64,000 nucleotides of DNA from Octopus vulgaris (lineage: Eukaryota). Both the position numbers and the translations under genes were made by a program. The stretch is from NCBI GenBank assembly GCA_951406725.2, contig OX597816.1, positions 182,342,001-182,406,000 on the forward strand. Reading direction: 5' to 3'. Below are positions 20,581 through 36,134 of this stretch, piece by piece. Under the pieces are notes generated by a model that saw nothing but the letters and a program-made list of their open reading frames with translations, was not told where the DNA came from and did not search any database. Within the stretch, counting starts at the first letter, position 1; every line of letters begins with the position of its first letter.

Positions 20581-23468
20581 TCATGTAAAGAGTTCAGGCC
20601 ACTTGAGGTCCAGGGAGGCTTTGAACAAAGCGGTCGTCGGCATCTTCACCATCTCGTGTGGCAGCTTGTTCCACGGATCCGCAACCCGGACGGAGAAAGC
20701 TCCTCTCCTTCGATTGAGATGAAATCGTCGCAGGTAGAGCTTTTCGGAATGACCCCGCAGCCGACGCTCCGGAGCAGGAGTGAAGAACAGCTCTTTCGAG
20801 AGGTTACACTTCCCGCTTATGATGTTGTGCGCGAGAATGAGATCATCACGGCGGCGGCGTTTTTCAAGAGAATAAAGGTCGAGCGTCCTCAGCCTTTCTT
20901 CGTAGGACAAATTTTTGAGACCATGAACCATGCGGGTAGCCAGCCTCTGGACTCTTTCGAGATGCTGTATGTCTTTGAGGAGATAAGGAGAAGAGGCTTG
21001 AATCCCATACTCCAATATGAGTCTCACCAGCGTGACATAGAGTGGCAGGAATATGGCTGCTGTGAGCATTCCGAATGACCGTCGAATCAAAACAGAATTC
21101 CGCGCGCTTTGTTGGCAGCATGGACGCACTGGGCCGAAGGCGAAAAGGAGGAATCCACCAAGATACCCAGGTCCTTTACCTGATCGGTCCTCTCCAGCAG
21201 CAGACGACCCGACTCGAAATCAAGTTGAGTTGCAGGAGTAGAGCCGACAGGCAGATGACAGCACTTTGACACGTTCAGCCACAGGTCCCAATCGTTAGAC
21301 CACTTCCAAATTTGGTGGAGGCATCGACGAAGATCCTCTATATTACCGCGAGGAGCGACCAGTTTGATATCGTCGGCAAATAGAAGGGTGTGTTGCGTGA
21401 GGTCGTCGGGCAAGTCATTCATGAAGACTAAGAACAACAAGGGCCCAAGCACTGAACCTTGAGGCACGCCACTGCTCGCACTGGAGACGTCGGACCGCGA
21501 ACCATTAACTTGAACTTGGAAGGAGCGATCTGAGAGGAAGGCACCAACCCATCGTACAATATCCGGATGGAAACTATATGCTTGAAGCTTGACAAGTAGT
21601 AGGCGGTGGTTTACCGAGTCAAAAGCTTTGGCAAAGTCCAATAAAACGATGTCAACAGCATCACTATCATCGAGGATGCGCGTCACCAATTCTTCCATTA
21701 CTAGTAAGTTGGTCAAGCATGATCTCTTCGGCACGAAGCCGTGTTGGGAATCAGTGATCGAGGCTGTGTTTAGGAGGTGGAGCATCATACTTTTCTTAAG
21801 GATGGTTTCGAACATCTTGCTGATTATTGATGTAAGGGAAACCGGTCTGTAGTTAAGCGGGTCTTCGCGGCTCCCTTTCTTGAAAATTGGGCAGATTATC
21901 GCTGTTCTCCAGTCTGCAGGTATAACACCCGTCGCCAATGACATATTGAATAGTCGTGTTAAGGGCTCGCAGATGACCGGAGCCAACGCTTTGATAACCC
22001 GTGGGTGTATGCCGTCAGGGCCGTGACCCTTGTTGACATCGAGGCCTTGAATAACACGTTTGACTTCGTCCCGCGTGATGATCAATCGAAGCATTGGAGG
22101 TACCGATCTATCAAATGGAGGGGGTTCATGACCATCATCTTGTTTGAAAATAGTTGAAAAAGCCTCGGCAAATAATTGACTCTGTTGATAAGGGTCCTCA
22201 ATCGATACGCCTGTTGAGTCTACCAACGTTGCAATCTGGTTGTTCAAGCGGGAATTCCGCTGGACATGGGCAAAGAAGGTTTTTGGATTGCTACTGGCAT
22301 TTGCCGCGATTTTGTATTCATAACTGAAGCGTTCTTTCTTTTCAATTTTCACGGCTCGGTCTCGTTGAGTTTTGTACACCTCAAAAGCTGCAGTCGAATC
22401 CAGATTTTTGAATTCAGCCCAAGCAATATCTCTGAGTCGACGTTCTCGTTTAACCTTCTTCGTCACCCAGGGCTTGTGTTTCTTCCTCTTGGGAAGCCCA
22501 ACGGGAACTGCCTGGTCAGTCAAACAGATTACATATGCTTTGAGGGATGACCATAGTTCGTCAACTGAGGACAACGTCATCAGGGATCGCCAGTCCAGAA
22601 GCGCGGAAGCCTCGGTTAGAATTTCAAGATTAATTGCAGAGAAGACTCTATGTGGCAGCGAAGTAATCGTGGGCGTGGAAAAAGTTGTGTGCATGACGAA
22701 CTTCAGGACCGCATGATCACTCTTGGCAAGAGGGGCGCACACAGATACGTCTGACACTGATCTTGGATAGCGGGAGAATACCAGATCTAGCATAGATGGC
22801 TGCTGCCCAGACCGATGCCTTGTCGGATATTCAACATGTTGCGATAGAAAACAATCTTCAGCCACGTCAAGAAGGGCCTGGCCGAACCGGGAAGATGTTG
22901 TACAACTTGATGCGGGCCAATCGATCGTGGGAGCGTTGAAGTCGCCTAGTACCAAGCAGTCATGCGAAGCTGAAACGAATCTTATCGCTTCGAGTAGATG
23001 AGCATCGTCCTGGGGGTCGGCTAGAGGCGGCCTGTAGACAGCCAACACGGGCAGGCAAAACTCAGATAGGCTCAGCTTGCAATAGACGGCATCGAATTTG
23101 GTTGTAGGTTGAGCATTTGTGGGTAGAATACCGCAGGACGGTTTGTGCTCAGACTTAACATACACAGCAACACCTCCACCTCGCCTTTTCCCTCTGTCAC
23201 ATCTGAAAAGGATGTAGCCCTGCAGGTGGATTTCTGAGTCCTTTACTGCTGGAGTCAGCCAAGTCTCGGTGATAGCTATCACATCAGGGGAGTCCCGTAT
23301 GGCCAGTGTAAATAGTTCACTGAACTTTGGGAATAAGGAGCACGAGTTGGTGTAGACGATGCTGAGCTGTGAAGTCTGAGGGGCGGGAGTTGGGGAACAA
23401 GCAGAATGAAGGGCATCAGAGATAGCATCGTTGACGGGAGTATCAACTTCACTTCGATTTGCCCTCAC
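20581..23468 (-). pseudogene. Family E ORF2 (APE endonuclease + RT), one frameshift near 21110
   Basis: IAITETW, YRPP, GDFN, SDH; [39 protein letters not shown]; C-terminus continues in ORF 20581-21129. Confidence 0.93.
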
Positions 23469-24924
23469 ATCACTTTCCCTGTCAGCACTACAGCATGGGA
23501 CCAGAGGTAGGACTTGATTATCTGTCTATCTTGGATTCGTAAACCCTTCTCTCCCATTTGTTTCCTCATCTTTAGCTCGGATATCAGGTTCCTCCGGCGA
23601 ATTCTCTCTCTTAGTGAGTATTCCTCGCGAAAACCCATATTGGGGTCCTCCCAGGCATGCGTCTGAGCTCTGTTCAGAAAGACTGAAGCCTCCCGATCAG
23701 AAGAAAAGATTACCCTTATTGGGCGTGGTCTAGTATCTGCGGTTGGGTTCGCTTGGAATCTTCCTAGCCGAGCGACCTTAAGAACACTGACATTTTCGTT
23801 CACAGAGAACAATTCTCCAACCAAAATGGAAACAAAATTAATGTCATATTTTAGGCGGTTTATGCCTGTATCACAGGTGGATTCAGCTTTGCCATATATT
23901 ATTGCCGATCTTGAGTGGGCAAAAGTTCTCTACTATGAGCTGCGGTATTCGATTCTTCATTGGAGGATTTCGAAAGGGTGGTTTCATAGCCATCGGACTT
24001 ATGTCGGCCTGTGGGGTCGATCGGAATGGATTTAGTGGTCATAATTTTCCCGCCTGGTTTGGAACTGCACTGCCTCTTCTTCGGTTTGGGGGAGCACCAC
24101 TCCCCAGATGAACTCACATCGAGATCGTTCAGAATTGGTTGAGCAATGGCATTAATGGGAAGGACAAGTGAAGGAGAATCCAAACAGATTTTATCGTGAT
24201 CAGGTTTCATAGCCAAATCTGCCCCTCTGGAGTTTTGACTACGTTTCTTCTTTTGGGGAAAACAACGGTCTTCAGGTGGGTTTGAGTCTACGCTCTTCAA
24301 ACTAGGTTGGGGAACCTCCGGGACCGAAAAGGCAGATGAGGAAGAATCCGCACAGGAACGATCATGTGCAGGAACGACCGCCGGTTCCCTCGCCTTCTTT
24401 GGCCGCTTCGATTTTGTTCCCTTCGGTTTGGACGTCTCCAGGGAAGAAATCAAGGGTGACTCTGTGTCAACAGGAGACCGTTTATCGTGGTCAGGTTTCG
24501 TAGCTAAATCCGCCCCACTGGAGTTTTGACGACGTTTCCTCTTTTGGGGAGAACAACGGTCTTCAGGTGGGTTTGAGTCTACGCTCCTCAAATTAGGTTG
24601 GGGAACCTCCGGGACCGAAAAGGCAGATGAGGAAGAATCCGCACAGGAACGATCATGTGCAGAAACGACCACCGGTTCCTTCGCCTTCTTTGGCCGCTTC
24701 GATTTTGTTCCCTTCGGTTTGGACGTCTCCAGGGAAGAAATCAAGGGTGACTCTGCGTCAACAGGAAACTGTTTATTCAGTAAGAGAGCAACAACAGACT
24801 TTAGGTGCTCAACCTCTTGTTTGAGCAACAGCAACTGCTCGTTGAGCTGACTATTGGTAGGACCATCATCTTGATGAGAAGCCCTACTTGCAGATCTCAG
24901 TTTCGATGCGTAGGTAGCTGACAT
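23465..24924 (-). pseudogene. Family E ORF1 (coiled coil + RRM-like), frameshift near 23910
   Basis: N-terminal heptads LNEQLLLLKQEVEHLK; alternative frame AIIYGKAES runs into RLG...RPRPIRVIF, typical of CR1/L2 ORF1. Confidence 0.8.
24191..24765. repeat. 291 bp in-frame tandem duplication inside family E ORF1
   Basis: GGGAAGAAATCAAGGGTGACTCTG at 24441 and 24732; the peptide SPLISSLETSK...KPDHDK occurs twice. Confidence 0.9.
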
Positions 24925-26210
24925 GATGGATGGTTGACTAAAAACAATCTTCTATAGGCTCTAGGACAAATCGGGGTTAAATCAGGAACAAAAAACAGGT
25001 GCAATCCTTGTAGGAGTAGGCAACAGCAGACAAAATCTGAGAGAGTTTGGGCTGAGCCGAATCACAATCCAAGATTGAAAGCAGACGGTGCAACGAGTCG
25101 GGAACCCTTCCTAATTGTCTGAAGCAGCTTTAGGATAAGGGATAGTATGTCCAAACTTTAGAATATTGATATGCATGTAACATGTTCCACACGATTAAAT
25201 ATCACTTGACGTGCCATTTAGTACTTCAATAATTGCATCTGCGCATGTTTGTATATGTGTGAATACCGTGTTTATGTGCGAGAAGGCACATGTTTTTGTC
25301 TACTGTTAAATTAGATTATTAATTTTTCTTTTTTTTCTCACGTTTTTCCCTTTTAAGTATTTCTTTTTAAAGTAAATTATACGTTGGAGGGAGGGCTGGG
25401 GGTTTGTTTTTATAGTAAATTCTCTTTTCTCCCAGCACAGAGAAAGAAAGGGATTTTTCGTTGGTGCCACCGGTATAATTCAGACACGGAGAAAGACATT
25501 TCGGTGTCATCGTCAACTTGAATGTTTCTAATTGTAGCGATAGTAGTAACTGCAGTAAATTCTGATAGCAGCAGTAGTAATAGCTCATAAAGTGAGATGA
25601 AGAACGGTCGGTCAAATAGAGTTCAAATTGACCGCAACAGTGTTGATGGAACTTGTAAAACAGTGACCTTGACTTTGAGAAAAATCAAAGGAGGGGCCGA
25701 CTATAAACAGTACTTGTGAATAGAGTCATGTACGAGCAGAGCGAAACTATAAATAGTATTTTTCTTTTCTTTTTCTTTTTTTTCTTCTTATTCTCCACGT
25801 GTTTAATAATGCGATTGCAATAAAAGGTATGTCAAGAAGAAGATAAAGTTTAGCTGGTGTTTACGTCCATACTTTTAGCGTGCATTTAATTGTGTTGTTA
25901 CAATAAAGGCATTTTACATAATCTGATACTCAAGGAAGAGGTGACGGCAAAATGTTCACACAAAAAAGGGAGATATTTATGATTCTAAAATTTTTGTCCC
26001 AAACTGTAGGTTTGGAATTCTTTAACTTATTTTGAGGAAATTCAAATTACTCACAGAAAGTAGTAGATCTTCCAGTAATTACAGTTGTTTATCAGTAATC
26101 CTGCTGGGTTGTATTTGTTATTCTGTGTCTTCTGTGTCTTTGGCCGCTGACAGGTCAGGAGCGGCGAAAACACGTCAGCCACTGTGGATTCCTTTACTAC
26201 TATATATATG

Positions 26211-27527
<1,317 letters not shown>

Positions 27528-27635
27528 GCCTTCATGGGAAACATGTATTTTTGTGGTTGAAACCTTTTGGATTTACTAGTGCTAGAGTGAGCCACATAGT
27601 GACCACTCTCTTATATTTATTTTTATATATATATG

Positions 27636-27693
<58 letters not shown>

Positions 27694-27699
27694 CATATA

Positions 27700-27739
<40 letters not shown>

Positions 27740-27746
27740 GTATATA

Positions 27747-27828
<82 letters not shown>

Positions 27829-27838
27829 AATATATATA

Positions 27839-28963
27839 TTCAGGGGCAGGTAATTGAGGGGCAGGTAATTCAGGGCATGTAATTCAGAAACATGTAATTC
27901 AGGAGCAGGTAATTCACGGTCATGTAATTCAGGGGTATGTTATTCAGGGGCAGGAAATTCAAGGGCAGGTAATTCAGGGGCAGGTAATTCAACTGATTCG
28001 TCGTTGTCAAACGGCGAAGATCCACCACCACTTGGTTTAAAAGCTTTATTTCTAACAAAACATATGAAACTCAAAGCAACCAACACCCCCTATTCTTTTA
28101 TATACGTGTTTTAAACTAAGGGGCAGGTAATTCAGGAGCAGGTAATTCAGGGGCAGGTAATTGAGAGGCAGGTAATTGAGAGGCATGTAATTCAGGGGCA
28201 TGTAATTCAGGGGCAGTTAATTTAGGGGCATGTAATTCAGGGGCATGTAATTCAGGTAGAGGTAATTCAGGGGGCATGTAAATCAGGGGCAAGTAATTAA
28301 GGGGCAGGTAATTTAGGGCTATGTAATTGAGGGGCAGGTAATTTTGGCGATGTAATTCAGGGGCAGGTAATTCAGAGGCATGGAATTCAGCGGCACGTAA
28401 TTGAGGGCCATGTAATTAAGGGACAGTTAATTCAGTTGTAATTCAACGAAATCGTCGTTGTCAAACCTTTAAAACCTTTATTTCTAACAAAACATATGAA
28501 ACTCAAAGCAACCAACACCTATTCATTTATAAACGTGTTTAAAATTAAGGGGCAGGTAATTCAGGAGCATGTAATTCAGGGGCAGGTAATTCAGTGGCAG
28601 GTAATTCAGAGGCAGGTAATTCAGGGCATGTAATTCAGGGGCAGGTAATTCAGTGGCATGTAATTCAGGGGCAGATAATCCAGGGGTAGGTAATTCAGGG
28701 CATGTAATTCAGGGGCAGGTAATTCAGGGCATGTAATTCAGGGGCAGGTTATTCAGGGGCAGATAATCCAGGGGCAGGTAATTCAGAGGCAGGTAATTCA
28801 GGGCATGTAATTCAGGGGCAGGTAATTCAGGGGCAGGTAATTCAGGGGCAGGTAATTCAGAGGCAGGTAATTCAGGGCATGTAATTCAGGGGCAGGTAAT
28901 TCAGTGGCATCTAATTCAGGGGCAGGTAATTCAGGGGCAGATAATCCAGGGGGTAGGTAATTC
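27839..28963 (+). repeat. 14-15 bp satellite (GGTAATTCAGGGGCA / CATGTAATTCAGGG) with two ~100-125 bp inserts
   Basis: Directly visible; inserts TCGTCGTTGTCAAAC...AAGGGG at ~27998 and ~28452. Confidence 0.95.
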
Positions 28964-28971
28964 ATATATAT

Positions 28972-28989
<18 letters not shown>

Positions 28990-29019
<30 letters not shown>

Positions 29020-29025
29020 ATATAT

Positions 29026-29070
<45 letters not shown>

Positions 29071-29232
29071 CAAGCACATACATGCATAAATGTATACATA
29101 TGTTTATACAAATGCATACACATACACACACTCACGCGCCTCCTTATATACATAAATACATACATGCATACAAACGCATACTCATGTAATAAATAATGAA
29201 TAATAATATTATTCATATATATATATATATGT

Positions 29233-29276
<44 letters not shown>

Positions 29277-29296
29277 TCATATATATATATATATGT

Positions 29297-29345
<49 letters not shown>

Positions 29346-29486
29346 ATATATATATATGTATACATATATATATATATGTATACATAGTCCTGTAGAAGCT
29401 CCTTCTATATAATAAATTAATTTACTCTGCTATGTATTGAGTACCTTCTTTACTGTGGTTAACCCCGACTCAACCCGGGACCTACA
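28990..29486 (+). repeat. Second copy of the dispersed repeat at 4990-5428
   Basis: Same non-microsatellite blocks in the same order. Confidence 0.75.
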
Positions 29487-29497
29487 TATATATATAC

Positions 29498-30424
<927 letters not shown>

Positions 30425-30679
30425 TCTTGTACATACATACCATCATGGATACATACACCCATATACACGCGCACATATACGCGCGCATACACGGCTCCAA
30501 GCCTATAAGCATACACACGCACTCACGTGTAAACATGTACATAAACACACGTACACCCACACGCACGCGCGTACACATACATACATACAACAGAATATCC
30601 GCATATATACACGGATATTATACGTGTACACACCCATATATACATACGTGCGTCCATCCTTACATACATATATATATAC

Positions 30680-30726
<47 letters not shown>

Positions 30727-30780
30727 CATATATATATATGTATATATACATATATATATATATGTATATATACATATATA

Positions 30781-30826
<46 letters not shown>

Positions 30827-30841
30827 TATATGTATGTATAC

Positions 30842-30898
<57 letters not shown>

Positions 30899-31075
30899 TA
30901 TATATCTATATATACATATATATTTATGTATATATACATATATATATATATATACATATATATATACATATATATATATATACATATATATATACATATA
31001 TATATATATACATATATATATATACATATATATATATACATACATATATATATATATAGATACATATATATATAC

Positions 31076-31127
<52 letters not shown>

Positions 31128-31214
31128 GTATATATACATATATATATATGTATATATACATAAATATATATGTATATATAGATATATATATATATGTATA
31201 TATACATATATATA

Positions 31215-31254
<40 letters not shown>

Positions 31255-31407
31255 CATACATATATATATGTATATATACATATATATATATGTATATATA
31301 CATATATATATATATGTATATATACTCTTTTTACTCTTTTACTCTTTTACTTGTTTCAGCCATCCGGCTGAGACCATGCTGGGGCACCGCCCTTGTTGCT
31401 ACCCTCT

Positions 31408-34400
31408 CTAAGTCCAGTTTGCCGTGGCTGGCCACTGATCTAAGAGAGAGTTTGTAGCTGCTGCCCTTAGGTTACCTTCGTACCTTGCAGTGGGTTCATC
31501 TGGGATCCCGGAAAGCAGCTTGTCTAGATGTTTTTTGAAAATGTCCACATCCACATCATGTAGATCTCTTAGTTTTCTTGGCAGTTTGTTGAAAAGCTGA
31601 GGGCCCCTGAACCCCAGGCTATTACAGTATCTGCTCCTTACCCTGGATGTGGAAGACGGGACCTTTGGCACCACACAGTGACGTCCTGTACGGGGATTGG
31701 AACAGCTCTCAATTCCAAAATTTGGTGCTAGTCCCTCCAGGATTTTCCATATGTATATCACTGCATATCTCTCTCGTCTTCGTTCCAAGGAGTACAAATT
31801 GAGTTCCCTAAGCCTCTCCCAATAGTTCTTTTCTTTCATGGTGGAAATCCTCTTGGTGAAATGTCTTTGGATTGTCTCAAGCTCTGTGGTTAGTTTGACA
31901 CTATGCGGTGACCACAGTTGGGAGCAGTAGTCCAGGCGGCTTAGGACAAATGTCCTCCATAGTGTCAACATGGTCTCGCAGTCTCTTGTCCGGAATGTCC
32001 TCAGGATCCAGCCAGTGAGTCGTCTGCACATTGTCGCCACCTTCGCGATGTGTGAAGAAAAAGATGCATCGTCACTCATGTCTATCCCCAGGTCCCGTAT
32101 TGATTTCGATACTGGGATTTCGATCCCTCCTGGACCAGTATAGTTGTGTTGTAATGTATATGTGTTTACAGCTTGATATTGTAAGGCTTGAAATTTACCA
32201 GCATTAAATTGCATGTTGTTGTCTTCAGCCCATTTGTATATGGCATCCAGATCTTGTTGTAAAAGGTCAGCATCAGCTGGGTTTTTGATTGCCTGTGCTA
32301 CCTTTGTGTCATCAGCATAGCTAGTGAGGGATGTTGTTTGTGCTACCAAGGGCATGTCAGAGAGCGCCACCAAAAACAGAAAGGGTCCCAAGACTGTGCC
32401 CTGTGGCACCCCGCTTGCTATTGGTGTCTTTCCCGAGAGGGCTCCATTGGCTGCAACCATCTGGCTTCTGTCCTTCAGGAAGTCATGTATCCACTCACCT
32501 ACTTTTCCTGTTATGCCGAGTCTGAGTAATTTGTGACATATCACTCCGTGGTCGACTTTGTCAAAGGCCTTCGCAAAGTCGAGATATACCACATCCACCT
32601 GTGAGCGATCCAGTAGTTGTTTCAGTACCCAGTCGTAGTGTTGTAACAGCTGCGTAAGGCAGCTTCTTCCTGGGCGAAAGCCATGCTGTGTGTCAGTGAG
32701 ACGGTTAGTTTCTTCGAGGAACGTGATCAGTTTTTTTCTGATGATTCGTTCCATGACCTTACTTATGTGTGACGTCAGGGAGACTGGCCTGTAGTTTTTG
32801 GCCTCTGCTCTACTCCCTCCTTTGTGGATAGGGCATATGGTGCCTTCTTTTAGCGCCCTGGGCAGTTTACCGTTAGCCAAGGAACCACTGAAGAGCTTCT
32901 TCAGTGGTCCCGCTAGGGCATGCCTGCATGTTTTTAGGAGGACTGCTGGGAATCCATCTGGTCCAGCAGCTGAGTTTATTCTCATTTCTTCTATGGCAGA
33001 TATTACATCCCTCTCTGTTATGTCTATGTGGTCGATGGTTGTTGTTTGGTTTTGGAGTGTTGTGGCATCAAAGAAAACTTCTGGGTTTGTGATTTGCATG
33101 TGCCCCAGAGGGGATGTGAACACACTTTTATACTGTTCCTTTAGTATTTCACTTATCCCTTGGGGGTCCTCAGTTAGAGAGCCCTTTTTATCAAAGAGTG
33201 GGCCAATCTTGCAGTGTACCGAGGTGGTTTCTTTCGCAAATTTAAAGAAGGCTTTAGGGTTTGTTTTAATATTCTCTATGGCCCTGGCTTCTCTCTCTGC
33301 CCTCTCCTTCTCATAGGAAAGTTTGAGTGCAGTTTCCGTTTCAAAAAGTTTCAGGTGGAGTCCCTCATTGTTTCTCTGCCGTGCATTCAGTTGCTTCGAG
33401 AGCTTAGCTCTTCGCCTCATAAGTATTTTCCTGTCTCTGGGAATAACGTTCCTATGCCCGCTGGCTTTTTTCTCCGGGACAAACTTATGGCATATGTTCT
33501 GTATTGTTGTCATGAAATGTTGGAAATGTGTGTTGGTGTCTTGTGTGGTGATGAAGTCACTCCAGTCATGTTTTCGGATCTCTTCGTTGATCTTCTTCCA
33601 GTTTGCCTTATGGAAGTTTAGACTGGATAGGCCTGTGGTATTTTCTAATGGCTGCGTCTCAACTAACTCTCTCATACCATATATCATTACCTCTACTAAG
33701 TTGTGATCTGAGAGAATTGTTGGTGTTACCATTATGTTGTGGATGAGCATCGGGTTGCTTGTGAAACAGAGGTCCAAGACATTCTCACCTCTTGTTGGCC
33801 AAAGCACTGCTTGCTCCATGAAAAACTTGCGTGTGAGAGCCAACAAGGACTCTGTCTGTCTCTGTTCAAGTGATGTCATTCCAGGGAGGAGATGGCCATC
33901 TGGCCATTTGACTTTCGGAAGGTTAAAATCTCCCAGCAGTAGAATGGTGTTACGCTGGTCCAGTTTGTCCAGGACTTCTATTCTTCTGAGGCTATCTTCA
34001 AACACTCCTTCATGACTAGGGGTGTCTGGTGGCCGATATGTGACACATATTACTATTTTCGGTTGTTTCATGTGTACTATCAGTGTGTCACAGACTGAGT
34101 TTGAGTGTGTCAACAGTACTATGGGTGTGACATCTTCACGGACGTACAGGGCAACCCCACCATGAGTTCTTTCCTTCCTGTCCGACCGAAAAACAGTATA
34201 CTTCGGTATGTGTATTTCTGCATCTGCTATACTGCTTGACAGGTGCGTTTCAGTCAGCGCTATGCATATTGCATGGTTGCTTGTGCTCAAGTCCCTAAGG
34301 TAAGGAATTTTACCCATATTAGTGGGTTTCACCAGACCTCTGACATTCAGCAGAAGCACTGGTGAGACACCCGGGGTGTCAATAAAGGCTGACGGTGTGG

Positions 34401-34428
34401 CACCTGGGCCGGCGTCAGCGGTGGCCAC
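31408..34428 (-). CDS. Family D ORF2: APE endonuclease + reverse transcriptase (GTG start)
   Basis: [26 protein letters not shown]; [43 protein letters not shown]; uninterrupted. Confidence 0.93.
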   Translation of the reverse strand: MATADAGPGATPSAFIDTPGVSPVLLLNVRGLVKPTNMGKIPYLRDLSTSNHAICIALTETHLSSSIADAEIHIPKYTVFRSDRKERTHGGVALYVREDVTPIVLLTHSNSVCDTLIVHMKQPKIVICVTYRPPDTPSHEGVFEDSLRRIEVLDKLDQRNTILLLGDFNLPKVKWPDGHLLPGMTSLEQRQTESLLALTRKFFMEQAVLWPTRGENVLDLCFTSNPMLIHNIMVTPTILSDHNLVEVMIYGMRELVETQPLENTTGLSSLNFHKANWKKINEEIRKHDWSDFITTQDTNTHFQHFMTTIQNICHKFVPEKKASGHRNVIPRDRKILMRRRAKLSKQLNARQRNNEGLHLKLFETETALKLSYEKERAEREARAIENIKTNPKAFFKFAKETTSVHCKIGPLFDKKGSLTEDPQGISEILKEQYKSVFTSPLGHMQITNPEVFFDATTLQNQTTTIDHIDITERDVISAIEEMRINSAAGPDGFPAVLLKTCRHALAGPLKKLFSGSLANGKLPRALKEGTICPIHKGGSRAEAKNYRPVSLTSHISKVMERIIRKKLITFLEETNRLTDTQHGFRPGRSCLTQLLQHYDWVLKQLLDRSQVDVVYLDFAKAFDKVDHGVICHKLLRLGITGKVGEWIHDFLKDRSQMVAANGALSGKTPIASGVPQGTVLGPFLFLVALSDMPLVAQTTSLTSYADDTKVAQAIKNPADADLLQQDLDAIYKWAEDNNMQFNAGKFQALQYQAVNTYTLQHNYTGPGGIEIPVSKSIRDLGIDMSDDASFSSHIAKVATMCRRLTGWILRTFRTRDCETMLTLWRTFVLSRLDYCSQLWSPHSVKLTTELETIQRHFTKRISTMKEKNYWERLRELNLYSLERRRERYAVIYIWKILEGLAPNFGIESCSNPRTGRHCVVPKVPSSTSRVRSRYCNSLGFRGPQLFNKLPRKLRDLHDVDVDIFKKHLDKLLSGIPDEPTARYEGNLRAAATNSLLDQWPATANWT

Positions 34429-35282
34429 CCTGGGTCCCTTGATTGTGGTGGTCTTGAGTGCTGTTGTGAGTGCCCCTGGCTCTGAAGACGATGTATCCAG
34501 GCCAGTTGTCCCACAATTTTCTCTGCCATTTCCACAAAATTTCTTTGTTCTGCTGCCGCCGTCTGCATTTCCTCTGCAAATGTGCGCCTTCTCCTTGTTG
34601 GGGCATTACGCACTATGTCTGCATATTTCTGGGGCAGCTTGTATTTGTTCTGGTTTTGGTTAAGGCATTTTGGTCGAGTGGGTTTGATGCAATTTCCATA
34701 GGGCCTGGGATGAGCGAACCTGCATCCTTCCCCTGTTTCTCCATGCCAGCAGGTTCCATTCCGGAAGAATTTGCATGTTATCTGGGTTTTCTTGTCCCCA
34801 GTTCCTCTCTGTTTTTTCTTCCTCCGTTGGACGGTTGTCCACTGGTTCCTTTCTGCATAGGTCTTTTCATCCGGGTGGTTATTTTCTGTTTCCCCATCGC
34901 CGCCTATCTGTTGTTTGCCCTGCTTGCCTTCTTCGACTGTGGCAGTGGGCGTGTCATTTTTTGACACTCTGTGGTTGGTGTTTCCTGTTTCCATCTCTCT
35001 CTCTTTGTCTTTGTCCACCATGAGGACTTGGCTTAGCAAAGCCATGTGTGGTGCAATGAGAGTGTAGGCCCTTTCGACTTCTCTTTTCTTCCTCTCTACT
35101 TGCGCCAACGTCCTCATAAAGCCATGGCTTTTCAGGGTCGCCGCTATGTTTTTAGTTGGTTGCGATCTGTCGGCCGAGCTCCATCCTCTGATGAAAACTT
35201 CCAGCTCTACTTTCGTCCAGTTACGCTGGCTTTTGTTGACGCCAGTGTTTGCATTCACCTCTAATTTTTGCATGTTGTCCAT
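34347..35282 (-). CDS. Family D ORF1: possible Myb/SANT-like N-terminus + CCCH zinc finger
   Basis: ATG start; WTKVELEVFI...RTLAQVERKKR; CKFFRNGTCWHGETGEGCRFAH, homologous to family C ORF1; overlaps ORF2. Confidence 0.8.
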   Translation of the reverse strand: MDNMQKLEVNANTGVNKSQRNWTKVELEVFIRGWSSADRSQPTKNIAATLKSHGFMRTLAQVERKKREVERAYTLIAPHMALLSQVLMVDKDKEREMETGNTNHRVSKNDTPTATVEEGKQGKQQIGGDGETENNHPDEKTYAERNQWTTVQRRKKKQRGTGDKKTQITCKFFRNGTCWHGETGEGCRFAHPRPYGNCIKPTRPKCLNQNQNKYKLPQKYADIVRNAPTRRRRTFAEEMQTAAAEQRNFVEMAEKIVGQLAWIHRLQSQGHSQQHSRPPQSRDPGWPPLTPAQVPHRQPLLTPRVSHQCFC

Positions 35283-35440
35283 TCCGTTGTAGCGGGGAGA
35301 GAGAGAGAAGCTGTGAGGGAAAAGGGAGAAGGGAGGAGAGAGGAAGAGATTGTGATTGTGAGGAAGGGAGGAATTATATTATATTATATTATATTAATTT
35401 ATATTAATCTAATAGTGCAATAGGGGGTAGGGAGAAAGTA

Positions 35441-35830
35441 GAGAAAGGGAGCGTCTATGTACTTAAGGAGAAATTGGGAGCCGAGAGTAAGAGAGAAGAG
35501 GAAGAGGAGAGACTGAGAGCTGAAGGAAGAGAGAGAAAGCGTCTATGTCCTTATATGTATCCGAGAGAGGAGAGTAAGTTAGAAGAGAAAGGGAGCGTCT
35601 ATGTACTTAAGGAGAAATTGGGAGCCGAGAGTAAGAGAGAAGAGGAAGAGGAGAGACCGAGAGCTGAAGGAAGAGAGAGAAAGCGTCTATGTCCTTATAT
35701 GTATCCGAGAGAGGAGAGTAAGTTAGAAGAGAGAAATGGAGAGACAAGGAGAAGCGGGAGAGAAACTGAAGAGATAGAAGAGAGTAATGGAGAGACAAAG
35801 AGAAGCGGGAGAGAAACTGAAGAGATAGGG
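35441..35830. repeat. 144 bp tandem duplication plus ~48 bp purine-rich repeats in the family D leader
   Basis: GAGAAAGGGAGCGTCTATGTAC at 35441 and 35585; GGAGAGACAA..GAAGCGGGAGAGAAACTGAAGAGATAG twice. Confidence 0.85.
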
Positions 35831-36134
35831 AGAGAAGGAAGAAATATAGAGAGAATTTATATATTTGAAAGAGGGGAGTAAGATAGAATGAGAGCTATGA
35901 AGAGACAAGGAGAAGCGTGAGTGAGAGAAACTGAAGAGACAGACAGAGAGAGAGAGAGAGAGAGGGGAGAATTCTAAGCGAAGCTATTTGTACACACACA
36001 CACACGCGTATACATACATACACATACACACATATACACATGTGTGCACACGCACATATATAAACAGTAGTACCAAGTGAGTATATAAAGAAACAATAAT
36101 AATAATAATGAAATAGCTGAAAGAAAACAATCCA

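Larger units (their letters stand above)
20501..26200 (-). mobile_element. CR1/L2-group LINE family E, apparently full length
   Basis: (TAAC)n tail at 20501, ORF2 and ORF1 present, then ~1.3 kb leader up to the next (TA)n. The coding part is certain; the 5' limit is inferred. Confidence 0.85.

Noticed and set aside
35474-35881. 135 aa Glu/Arg-rich ORF
   Set aside because: Arises from purine-rich tandem repeats, with no ATG start or domain signal.
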